DNA from: an uncultured SAR86 cluster bacterium
GTDB taxonomy: Bacteria > Pseudomonadota > Gammaproteobacteria > Magnimaribacterales > D2472
Assembly (NCBI GenBank): GCA_902525635.1
Contig: CABZHV010000003.1
Location: forward strand, 9,538 to 73,537
Length of the DNA: 64,000 nucleotides
Reading direction: 5' to 3'
The notes below the pieces were generated by a model. It was not told the origin of the DNA. It saw only the letters and a program-made list of their open reading frames with translations, and ran no database searches. This document shows positions 30,568 through 39,764 of the stretch, in pieces. The position numbers and the translations under genes are program-made. Numbering within the stretch: position 1 is the first letter of the stretch; the number at the start of each line of letters is the position of its first letter.

Positions 30568-31917
30568 TTATTGAGAAATAGGGACTGTAAACCAAAAAAT
30601 AGAGCCTTTTTCTGGTTTAGATTCTAGTCCGACTTCACCATTAAGGTTATTTACAAGATGTTTTACTATAGCAAGCCCAAGTCCGCTACCTTGGTTATCA
30701 GTAGCTCTTGCAGAAGCTGTTCTAAAAAATCTACTAAAAATGTGATCTCGATCCTCTGGTGATATGCCCTCTCCATTATCTTCAATGGCAACTCTAACAT
30801 AATCGCTACCCTCATTTGATGTTGATATTGTTATTTCAGATCCACTTTCAGAATATTTGATAGCATTATCAACTAAATTATTCATAATTCTTTCAAATGC
30901 TTGAAAATCTGCACTTACAGAACCTTTATGATTTGGTAAATACTTAATATCTATATTTTTTTTCTTTGATAAACTTAAAATTGATTGAGTAAATTTTTCA
31001 AAAAATCTATTCAAATCAATTTCCTCAAAATTAAGTTTAAGCTCACCATATTCAATTCTCGATAAATCCAGCAAAGATGAGACCATGTCGGTCAATCTTT
31101 CAGCATTATGAAGTATTGCTTTTGCAAATATTTTTGCCTGATTCTTATCTTCTAGTGCGCTATCAATAAGAGTTTCAGAATTTGCTCTAATGACACTAAT
31201 TGGTGTCCTTAACTCATGTGATAAATTTGAAATAAAATCCCTTCGCATAGAATCCAAGCTTCTTAATTGAGTAATATCATGAACTACTAAAATATTTTCT
31301 CTTGTATTCTTACTTTGATTTATTGTTGCTAAGACCCACCTTATAGAATTATCATTTAATTCAATTTCAAACTCTATATCTGCTTTTTTTTTCTTTTTTG
31401 ATCTTCTGTACAGATACTCAATAGATTTAATGCCTAGATCTTTTATATTATCTTCATGTTTACTTTTGAGATTAAGGATTTGTGAGAATTGATCATTTTC
31501 AAATGTTATAACTCCATTACTATCTGTTACAACAATACCCTCCCCTAGATCATCAAGAACAGAACCAAATTGATCTCTTTGTTTGCCAATTAAATTAATA
31601 TTATTTTTTAAATTTTCTGATATTTCTGAAATACCTTTAGCTACATTACCAAATTCGCCTGTATCTTTTCTTAAGGCCTTAATAAATTTCTTTTTTGTGC
31701 TTCCTTTTGCGATTTGAGATGTTAAAGCCTCTAAAGTTGATATATTTTTATATGTAAGATTACTAAAAATTGTAGAGATAATTAATGTTGTTATTAATAT
31801 GGCGGGGATTAGAAATAAATTTGAGAGATCTGCATTTTTACTTATTAGGTAAGAAAAAAGAACGCCAATACCTATTGATATAAATACTACTATAAATATT
31901 CTCAATCTAAAAAGCAT
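30568..31917 (-). CDS. sensor histidine kinase, PhoR-like
   Basis: Two N-terminal TMs with a short loop, a PAS-like region, H-box SHELRTPISV, and an N/G1/G2 ATPase domain. 449 aa. The PhoR assignment is an inference. Confidence 0.7.
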   Translation of the reverse strand: MLFRLRIFIVVFISIGIGVLFSYLISKNADLSNLFLIPAILITTLIISTIFSNLTYKNISTLEALTSQIAKGSTKKKFIKALRKDTGEFGNVAKGISEISENLKNNINLIGKQRDQFGSVLDDLGEGIVVTDSNGVITFENDQFSQILNLKSKHEDNIKDLGIKSIEYLYRRSKKKKKADIEFEIELNDNSIRWVLATINQSKNTRENILVVHDITQLRSLDSMRRDFISNLSHELRTPISVIRANSETLIDSALEDKNQAKIFAKAILHNAERLTDMVSSLLDLSRIEYGELKLNFEEIDLNRFFEKFTQSILSLSKKKNIDIKYLPNHKGSVSADFQAFERIMNNLVDNAIKYSESGSEITISTSNEGSDYVRVAIEDNGEGISPEDRDHIFSRFFRTASARATDNQGSGLGLAIVKHLVNNLNGEVGLESKPEKGSIFWFTVPISQ

Positions 31918-31925
31918 TTATTATC

Positions 31926-32618
31926 TTAGTCTGGAGTTCTAGAAAATTTATATCCAACACCTCTTATGGTTTGGACATATTTACCCATTGAGCCAAGCTT
32001 CTCTCTTAATCTTTTTATATGAGTATCAACTGTTCTAGTTGTAACCTCTACATTGTATCCCCACACTTCAGATAGTAAGTGATCTCTTGATTGTACTCTT
32101 CCTCGATTATCTACAAGCTGTCTTAATAGACGAAATTCAAGAGCCGTAAGTATTATTTGTTCAGAGTTTACGTGAACCTCATGTGAATCGACATCGATTA
32201 CCAAATCACCAAACTTTCTCTCTACCTCAACGAGATCTTTCTTTTTATGACTTCTTTTTAGAACAGCTTTAATTCTTAAGATTAACTCTTTTACACTAAA
32301 AGGCTTAGTGACATAATCATCAGCACCCAGCTCAAAACCCAAAAGTTTGTCAACTTCATCATCTTTTGCGGTTAATATAATAATTGGAATCGCTTCTGTC
32401 TGAATATTGTTTTTTATCTGTTTACATAGATCTAATCCAGATCCATCAGGCAACATTAAATCTAAAATTATTAATTCAAAGTTATTGTTATTTATTTTTT
32501 GATTAGCGTCATTTAAAGAACCAACAGCTAACACTTTAAATCCTTCACGGCCTAAATTATATTCTAGGTTCTTACGAATATCTGGTTCGTCTTCAACAAC
32601 TAGTAAATTCTCATTCAT
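31926..32618 (-). CDS. OmpR/PhoB-family response regulator (PhoB-like)
   Basis: Receiver domain (VVEDE...DLMLPDGSG...KP) plus winged helix (RTVDTHIKRLREKL...RGVGYKF). Close in layout to E. coli PhoB. Confidence 0.75.
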   Translation of the reverse strand: MNENLLVVEDEPDIRKNLEYNLGREGFKVLAVGSLNDANQKINNNNFELIILDLMLPDGSGLDLCKQIKNNIQTEAIPIIILTAKDDEVDKLLGFELGADDYVTKPFSVKELILRIKAVLKRSHKKKDLVEVERKFGDLVIDVDSHEVHVNSEQIILTALEFRLLRQLVDNRGRVQSRDHLLSEVWGYNVEVTTRTVDTHIKRLREKLGSMGKYVQTIRGVGYKFSRTPD

Positions 32619-32684
32619 AAATAAAGCACCGGTTAATCATTTTCACTCTTTTTTGATGCTTTTTAAAGAGAAAAAATAAAATAT

Positions 32685-34364
32685 TTATTTATCAATAAAC
32701 ATTTTTCTTAAAGCTGGTTTATCAAATTTCCCAGATGCTACTCGAGGAAGATTTGAATCCATGAATTTAATGAGAGCTGGAATTTTAAATGCTGCCAATT
32801 TGTCAGATAAAAAGTTTACTAAATCATCTTTATTAAGTTTAGATCCTTCTCTTAAGACTACTGCTGAGCATAAAATTTCTCCCAGTCTTTGATCAGGAAT
32901 TCCAAAAACACTTGCCTCTAAAACATCAGGATGATCATATATTGCATTTTCAACTTCAGGGCATGCAATATTTTCACCACCTCTAATTACCATATCCTTA
33001 ATCCTATCTACTATATATAAAAGAGGTCCTTCAAATTTGCCCATATCACCAGACTTAAACCAACCAGCCTCATTCACACATTCTTTAGTTGCTGCATCAT
33101 TTTTCCAGTAGCCGATCATGTTTGATTCAGATTTGATTGCAATTTCACCTATTTCTCCAAGTGGTACCTCATTCCATTTACTATCTATTATTTTTATTTC
33201 AGTAACAGGTGGTACAACTCTTCCTGCAGTTGATGGATTAGAAATATATTCATCCCCACCTGCAAGTGTTCCAAGGGCGTTTGTCTCTGTTAGACCATAT
33301 CCTATCCCAGGCCTGCCTTTAAAGTTTTCATCTAATTGTTTTACATGTTCTGCTGGTCTTGGACCACCTCCGCCCCCAAGTACCTTAAGTGATGTAAGGT
33401 CATATTTATCTTTATCAGGATGGTTTAATAATTCCCAGGTTTGAGTTGGGACACCAGTAATGTCTGTTACTTTTTCATCATTAATCAATTTAAGCGCTTC
33501 GCCTGCATCCCATTTTTTCATCATGACAATCTTTCTTCCGACAAGGATCGACATTAAAAAAGATACATGACTTCCAGTAACATGAAATAAAGGAACGCAA
33601 AGTAAGATCGCTAGCTCTGATCCTGTTAGAGGAGAGAATTCATTACCCATTCTTTCTTCCCTTTGACTTAATATCGTTGAGATACATGCAAAACTAAATA
33701 TTGTTGAAATTATGCCTCTTTGTGATGAAAGAACTCCCTTAGGTTTCCCAGTAGATCCAGAGGTATAGTAAATTGTTGCAAAATCATCTCTTGAGATATC
33801 TACCTCAGGCCATTCATCAGAATGATCATTAATGAACTCGGAAATAGACATAAACTTATTATCAGGTGTATAGCTTGTTATGATCTTTGTTATTTTCAAA
33901 TCGTCTAGACCTTTTAATCTTCTTTGATCTCCAAAAATAAGCTTTGCATCACAATGCTCTAAAGCATAAGTAATTTCATCAGCAACCCACCATGAGTTTA
34001 AGGGAACACAAACAGCACCAATACTAACAATTCCCATATAAGCAAATATAAATTCAGGATTATTTTGCATACATATTGCAACACGATCTCCCTTTTTTAT
34101 TCCCTCCTCTATTAGAGCATTTGCAACTTGTGCTGATTTTGAAATTGTCTCTTTAAATGTATAACGTTCTGATTCGTAAACTATAAATTCTTTTTCGGCA
34201 TGCAGTAATCCAAAATCAAAATAACCTTTTAGATTTTCTGGAAAAGTTGCATACTCTTTAGATAGTTGACCAAACTTATCCTTATACTCACGTGTTTCAA
34301 AGAGTTGGCCTTTTGCGGTTAGTTCTATCGTGATTTCTTCAAATAATTTGTCAGGATTATTCAT
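32685..34364 (-). CDS. AMP-dependent acyl-CoA synthetase/ligase
   Basis: YTSGSTGKPKG AMP-binding motif, GYGLTE, and a C-terminal GK motif. 559 aa. Confidence 0.85.
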   Translation of the reverse strand: MNNPDKLFEEITIELTAKGQLFETREYKDKFGQLSKEYATFPENLKGYFDFGLLHAEKEFIVYESERYTFKETISKSAQVANALIEEGIKKGDRVAICMQNNPEFIFAYMGIVSIGAVCVPLNSWWVADEITYALEHCDAKLIFGDQRRLKGLDDLKITKIITSYTPDNKFMSISEFINDHSDEWPEVDISRDDFATIYYTSGSTGKPKGVLSSQRGIISTIFSFACISTILSQREERMGNEFSPLTGSELAILLCVPLFHVTGSHVSFLMSILVGRKIVMMKKWDAGEALKLINDEKVTDITGVPTQTWELLNHPDKDKYDLTSLKVLGGGGGPRPAEHVKQLDENFKGRPGIGYGLTETNALGTLAGGDEYISNPSTAGRVVPPVTEIKIIDSKWNEVPLGEIGEIAIKSESNMIGYWKNDAATKECVNEAGWFKSGDMGKFEGPLLYIVDRIKDMVIRGGENIACPEVENAIYDHPDVLEASVFGIPDQRLGEILCSAVVLREGSKLNKDDLVNFLSDKLAAFKIPALIKFMDSNLPRVASGKFDKPALRKMFIDK

Positions 34365-34469
34365 TTTTGTATTAACAAAATATATTTTTCTTTTATAAAT
34401 ATTATTATAACGATACTATATTTATTAGATATAAAACATTTAAGTTATAAATTTATAGAGGAGATTAGT

Positions 34470-36089
34470 ATGAATCTGGATTTTGCTTCTGTTTGGGAAA
34501 TGATTGCAGATATTGTTCCAAATAATGATGCTTTGATATGTGGCGATGAAGTAATTTCTTGGAAAGATTATGATCTTAAGTCAAGTAAAATTGCCTCAGC
34601 ATTATCCAGTGCTGGCCTAAAAGAAAATTCTAAAGCTGGGTTATATCTGAATAATTCTAATGAATATCTTATTGGACAAAATGCAATTTTTAAAATTGGT
34701 GGAGTCCCTATAAATGTAAATTACAGATATGTTGCAGAGGAATTAATTTATTTATTGGATAACTCAGATTCAGAAGCTGTTTTTTATCATGCTTGCTACA
34801 GCGAAAGAATTAAAGAAATATCAGATTCTCTCCCAAACGTAAAAGCATGGATTGAAATTAATGATGGGACAAAATCTCACTTTGAGAGTGCTCTTAAGTT
34901 TGAGGAGTTACTAGAAGTTAATGATCCAATGAATAGAATACATAGAGATCCTAATACTATTTATATGTTGTACACCGGAGGCACAACTGGAATGCCTAAA
35001 GGAGTTATGTATAAGCAAGGAGAGTTTTTAGTTTTCCTTTTTAGAACTCTTAAGGCTATGGGATATGACGTACCTGAGGATATTAATAACTTAGAATCAC
35101 AAATTAATAACTTTAAAGAAAATAATACATTTATAAAAAGTCTTGTAGGCTGTCCATTGATGCATGGAACCGGTATGTGGTTAGGAGCATTTCTACCTCT
35201 TTTACTTGGAGGGACTGCAATAACTTCAAGAAATCTTGGATTTGATCCAGATCAGTTATGGGCTCAGGTTGAAAAAACTTCAACTACAAACATAGTTATT
35301 GTGGGTGACGCCTTTGCAAAGCCTATGCTTGATGCACTAGATAGAGCTAAAGAAGCAAATAAACCATATGATCTCAATAGTGTAAAAGTGATAATTTCTA
35401 GCGGCGTTATGTGGAGTGAAGAAATTAAGAAAGGATTATTAGAACATCATGATATGCAACTAATGGATACAATGGGGTCGACAGAAGGTGGAATGGGAAG
35501 CTCAGTTTCAACACGAGATAATCCACCAAAAACAGCAAAATTTTCTATAAACCCAGGAGTAATAATTATTGCTGATGATGGAGAAATTCTTCAACCAGGT
35601 TCTGAAAAAATAGGCTTAATTGGCACAAGTGGTCTTGTGCCCGTTGGTTACTATAAAGATGAAAAAAAATCTGCAGAAACTTTTAGAGAAGTAGAAGGAG
35701 TGAGATACAGTTTCCCAGGTGACTACGCTAAATTAGAGGAAGATGGGACAATCACCTTGCTTGGAAGAGGAAGTAATTGTATTAATTCAGCTGGAGAAAA
35801 AATCTATCCTGAAGAGGTTGAAGAAGCTATCAAAAGAAATAAAGAAGTATTTGATTGTCTTGTTGTTGGTGTTGAAGATGAAAAATTTGGTCAAAAAGTT
35901 GTAGCTGTTGTTTCACTTGAAGAAAATATCGAAATTGATCAAAATTCCTTAATAAACAAGACTAGATCATTTATTGCAAGTTATAAACTACCAAAAAAAA
36001 TAATATTTGTTAGCAATGTTGAAAGAGCACCAAATGGTAAAGCTAACTATAAGTGGGCTAAAAATATAGCTAATGAAGATTTCAAATAA
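34470..36089 (+). CDS. AMP-dependent acyl-CoA synthetase/ligase
   Basis: YTGGTTGMPKG motif. 539 aa. Divergent from the other ligase gene. Confidence 0.8.
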   Translation: MNLDFASVWEMIADIVPNNDALICGDEVISWKDYDLKSSKIASALSSAGLKENSKAGLYLNNSNEYLIGQNAIFKIGGVPINVNYRYVAEELIYLLDNSDSEAVFYHACYSERIKEISDSLPNVKAWIEINDGTKSHFESALKFEELLEVNDPMNRIHRDPNTIYMLYTGGTTGMPKGVMYKQGEFLVFLFRTLKAMGYDVPEDINNLESQINNFKENNTFIKSLVGCPLMHGTGMWLGAFLPLLLGGTAITSRNLGFDPDQLWAQVEKTSTTNIVIVGDAFAKPMLDALDRAKEANKPYDLNSVKVIISSGVMWSEEIKKGLLEHHDMQLMDTMGSTEGGMGSSVSTRDNPPKTAKFSINPGVIIIADDGEILQPGSEKIGLIGTSGLVPVGYYKDEKKSAETFREVEGVRYSFPGDYAKLEEDGTITLLGRGSNCINSAGEKIYPEEVEEAIKRNKEVFDCLVVGVEDEKFGQKVVAVVSLEENIEIDQNSLINKTRSFIASYKLPKKIIFVSNVERAPNGKANYKWAKNIANEDFK

Positions 36090-37824
36090 ACTAAACCAAA
36101 TTCTTATATTATTTTTATTATTTCTGTCAAAGAATTTCTATGCGATTGAACCTATTGCATACCTCAATTCACTTGGCTATGAGCCTGCTCAAAAAGAATT
36201 AGCTTCTAGTAAAAATGGTATGGTTTCAACTCAACATTTTCTTGCTACTGCAGTTGGCGAAAGAATTCTTAGTCGTGGTGGAAATGCCTATGATGCATCT
36301 ATTGCTATTGCCTTTACCCTTGCGGTTGTATTGCCAAGAGCAGGTAATATTGGTGGGGGTGGTTTTATGGTTATCTATGATAGTCAAACTCAAAAGCCAT
36401 ACTCAATTGATTTTAGAGAAAAGGCACCTCAAATGTCGACAAGAGATATGTATTTAACGGAAGATGGTTTGTTTAATGATATGAATCTTTCAACACTTGG
36501 GTATCTTGCTAGCGGTGTCCCAGGAACAGTTGCCGGATTATGGGACGTGCATCAAAAATTTGGATCATTACCATGGAATGAACTTTTAGAAGATGCAATT
36601 TATTTTGCTGAAAATGGTTTTAAAATAACTTCCTTTTTAGGAGATATACTTTTTAATTATAGTGAGGCGTTATCTATATTTCCTGAAACAAAGAAAATAT
36701 TTCAAAGACATTATCCAAATTTTAAAGACAAACTTCTTATTCAAAAAGATCTTGCAAATACCTTGAGGATTATTGCTTCTCAAGGAAGAGAAGGATTTTA
36801 TGAAGGACAAATTGCAGAAAAAATTGCTAGTGAAATGAAGAAAAATAATGGTTTGATAACAGAAGATGACCTCAAAAAATATAATCCTATTTGGAGAAAG
36901 CCACTGATTGCAAATTACAGAGATACACAAATAATAACAATGGGCCCTCCCTCCTCTGGTGGATTACATGTTATTCAGATGTTAAATATTGTCGAAAAAT
37001 ACGATTTAAAAAATATAGGTCATAATTCAACTAACTATATAAATCTTCTTGCTGAGGTAATGAAGTATGCTTATTCAGATAGATCAAAATACCTAGGGGA
37101 TCCTGATTTTTATGATGTGCCTGTTGAGAAAATAACAAGTAAAGAATATGCAGCTGAAATAAATAATAATATTGATATTGGACGGTCGACTCCAGTAAAT
37201 GATATCTATCCTGGAAAATTTTTAGACAAGGAAAGCCACGAAACTACTCATTTTTCTGTAGTTGATGAAGAAGGGAATGTTGTTTCCATGACGTATACCT
37301 TAAATTCAACATTTGGTTCTAAAGTTGTCATTAAAGGTACTGGTATATTAATGAATAACGAAATGGATGATTTTTCAGCAGCTCCAGGTGTGCCTAACCA
37401 ATTCAACCTTCTTGGTGCAGATGCAAATGCGATTGCACCATATAAAAGACCATTAAGCTCAATGACTCCTACAATAGTCCTAAAAAATAATGAATTATTT
37501 TTTACAACTGGGAGTCCTGGTGGTGCTCGTATAATTTCAGCAGTGTTTCAATCTATTTTAAATATAATAGATTTTAAAATGAATCTAGAAGAAGCTACCC
37601 TTGCAAAGAGACTTCACCATCAATGGTATCCTGATATGTTAGAGTTTGAGTTTTCAATTGATGAAAAAATCAATGATGAATTAAAAAACATGAACTATAT
37701 AACAAAAATAACACTTCCACTAACATGTCTACAAACAATTATGTTCATTGAAGATACTTATTATGGTTATGGAGATTTTAGAAGAGTTGACTCTTTGGCT
37801 TCTGGAAATATAAATGTTAGATAA
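36073..37824 (+). CDS. ggt: gamma-glutamyltranspeptidase
   Basis: Signal peptide, autoprocessing/catalytic Thr context ETTHFSVVD, GGGGFM and MNNEMDDF motifs. 583 aa. Confidence 0.9.
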   Translation: MKISNKLNQILILFLLFLSKNFYAIEPIAYLNSLGYEPAQKELASSKNGMVSTQHFLATAVGERILSRGGNAYDASIAIAFTLAVVLPRAGNIGGGGFMVIYDSQTQKPYSIDFREKAPQMSTRDMYLTEDGLFNDMNLSTLGYLASGVPGTVAGLWDVHQKFGSLPWNELLEDAIYFAENGFKITSFLGDILFNYSEALSIFPETKKIFQRHYPNFKDKLLIQKDLANTLRIIASQGREGFYEGQIAEKIASEMKKNNGLITEDDLKKYNPIWRKPLIANYRDTQIITMGPPSSGGLHVIQMLNIVEKYDLKNIGHNSTNYINLLAEVMKYAYSDRSKYLGDPDFYDVPVEKITSKEYAAEINNNIDIGRSTPVNDIYPGKFLDKESHETTHFSVVDEEGNVVSMTYTLNSTFGSKVVIKGTGILMNNEMDDFSAAPGVPNQFNLLGADANAIAPYKRPLSSMTPTIVLKNNELFFTTGSPGGARIISAVFQSILNIIDFKMNLEEATLAKRLHHQWYPDMLEFEFSIDEKINDELKNMNYITKITLPLTCLQTIMFIEDTYYGYGDFRRVDSLASGNINVR

Positions 37825-37904
37825 ATTATTAATAATTGGTGCTTACGCCCTACCTGCTTTACTCCTTCTAATTTTTTGTTTTTATATTACTAGAAAGTAA
37901 CAAA

Positions 37905-38750
37905 TTGCTTAATATCTATAACACTTATATTTTTGATTTAAATTATTTGAATTTTATTGAAATTCTTCTTGTATCAATAATTTTTTTATCAATAGGAAGT
38001 TTTGCTGCAGCTACCATATCAAGACTAAATCCAGAGAATAAAAAAAATGACATAAATTTATTATTTCCAAGATCATTTTGCCCTACATGTAAGAAACCAA
38101 TCGATGTTTTACACCTAATTCCTATAATAGGATACTTACTTCAACGAGGCTCATGTAGTTCATGTAACTCAAAAATTTCAATTTTTTATCCAATAACCGA
38201 AATATTTTTTCTCACAATTGGAATAATTTTATTAGGTTTTTATGGTAAGGGTGTAAATTTAGCTTTTTTAATATTAATTTTATTTTTGTTCTATGCATTA
38301 TTTTTTTTAGACTTAAGATATTATTTTTTACCTTTTTCTCTTAATTTGGCTCTCATATTTACTGGAATAATTTCAAACAGTGTTTTCGGGTTATTTATTG
38401 ATGAGTATTTATTATTCTATTTTAAAACTCCTATATTTTTTTCTTTTTTTGGAATATTTTTTGGTTATATATCACTTTGGATCATAAATTTTATATTTAA
38501 ACTAATTTATAAAAAAGATGGTATTGGTGGTGGAGATTTTATTTTATTTGCTGGAATTGGTTCAATTTTTGGACCATTTTCTCTATCTTATATAGTATTT
38601 TTTGGTTCTATGATTGGTTGCTTATATTATGTTTTTTTTAAAGGCTTCAGTCATGATAGGTTGCCTTTTGGATCTTTTTTAATTTTAGGTTCATGTTTGT
38701 ATTTTTTTATTAAAACCTCTGAACTTTTAAGTAAATTGATTGTCATATAA
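37905..38750 (+). CDS. prepilin peptidase (A24 family, PilD/GspO-like)
   Basis: CPTC...CSSC zinc-binding motif, GGGDFILFAGIG active-site region, polytopic. TTG start in the track. Confidence 0.85.
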   Translation: MLNIYNTYIFDLNYLNFIEILLVSIIFLSIGSFAAATISRLNPENKKNDINLLFPRSFCPTCKKPIDVLHLIPIIGYLLQRGSCSSCNSKISIFYPITEIFFLTIGIILLGFYGKGVNLAFLILILFLFYALFFLDLRYYFLPFSLNLALIFTGIISNSVFGLFIDEYLLFYFKTPIFFSFFGIFFGYISLWIINFIFKLIYKKDGIGGGDFILFAGIGSIFGPFSLSYIVFFGSMIGCLYYVFFKGFSHDRLPFGSFLILGSCLYFFIKTSELLSKLIVI

Positions 38751-38797
38751 ATGTAGACCTTCGAATATCCTCTTAATTCATATCCCCTGGGTCTTAA

Positions 38798-38826
38798 AAG
38801 CAGGTAAAATTACCTGCTTTTTTTTT
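38798..38826. terminator. bidirectional intrinsic terminator
   Basis: AAGCAGGTA-aaat-TACCTGCTT hairpin with a T run on the plus strand and TTTT on the minus. Sits between the prepilin peptidase and tRNA-Gly genes. Confidence 0.75.
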
Positions 38827-38831
38827 GAAAT

Positions 38832-38907
38832 TGGAGCGGGTGACGGGATTCGAACCCGTACCAATAGCTTGGAAGGCTATTGTGCTAGCCGTTAACACCA
38901 CACCCGC
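38832..38907 (-). tRNA. tRNA-Gly (anticodon UCC)
   Basis: The minus strand GCGGGTG...ATAGC-CTTCCAA-GCTAT...ACGGG-TTCGAAT-CCCGT-CACCCGC-TCCA folds as a cloverleaf. CCA is encoded. Confidence 0.9.
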
Positions 38908-38965
38908 AATTGAACGAGTGATTATAAAGAAAAAGTGTCTATTATGCTCTTTATTTTTAATATGT

Positions 38966-39700
38966 TTATAAAATATAAAAGACGTCATATGATTTAGCAT
39001 CAACACACTTTGCATTTTCACTAAACTCTTGTTTTATGTCTTCAGCTACTTGCATTGAAATCCATTCTGAACTTATTAAATCTGAATAGTTATCAACATA
39101 GAAATTATTTATCCAAGTGAATTCACCATCATCATCATTTTTTACAAGATAAAGTGCCTCATATGGAATATCTAATGCTTCCATTGTTATATTAAATCTG
39201 TCAATTGCAACTCTAAAAGAGCCATAATTAAAGCCGTTGTTATAAACACATCTTAAAATTTCTACATAATGTGACGATTTATCATTTTCAGCTATTGAAG
39301 ATATCAATGACAAGCCTTTAAAGTTATTTTGTTCGAAGTTACAAGATGCTATTTGATCAAATCCTCTTGTACTAATCTCATTCAAAAAAAGTTCATAAAT
39401 ATTCTTACTAGAATAATTTTTTAGATTTATCATAAATTTATTTTCAAAATCTGAATTAGGAAAAAAAACACCTACATCATAAATATTTTCATCAATACTT
39501 GATTTTGATCTAGTAAGACTAGAGATAAAAGATTCTAAATTTAATAAGGTATAACCCTCATTTAAATTACATTCAAAAAACTCAGCAGAAAACTCATATT
39601 GTGGTGTGATTAATTTATTTCCTTCTATTAATTGATGATCACTAGAACTACAAGAGACTAAAAAAAATAAAATTAAGGAAAAACACTTTATATTATTCAT
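38966..39700 (-). CDS. lipoprotein of unknown function; distant member of the secreted two-half paralog family at 53.7-56.1 kb
   Basis: Lipobox LVSC. Shares the AEFF(x)CNLNEG-type start motif and two spaced Cys (ILRCVYNNGF, NAKCVDAKSYD) with the 53761-56083 proteins. Confidence 0.6.
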   Translation of the reverse strand: MNNIKCFSLILFFLVSCSSSDHQLIEGNKLITPQYEFSAEFFECNLNEGYTLLNLESFISSLTRSKSSIDENIYDVGVFFPNSDFENKFMINLKNYSSKNIYELFLNEISTRGFDQIASCNFEQNNFKGLSLISSIAENDKSSHYVEILRCVYNNGFNYGSFRVAIDRFNITMEALDIPYEALYLVKNDDDGEFTWINNFYVDNYSDLISSEWISMQVAEDIKQEFSENAKCVDAKSYDVFYIL

Positions 39701-39764
39701 AATTTAAATTATAAATAATCTTGCTGAAAAGTATGTAAAATAAACATTTTTAAAAGCCCAAATT

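Noticed and set aside
38794-39021. 75-aa minus-strand ORF in the track
   Set aside because: It reads straight through the tRNA-Gly(UCC) gene and the terminator, so it is an artefact.
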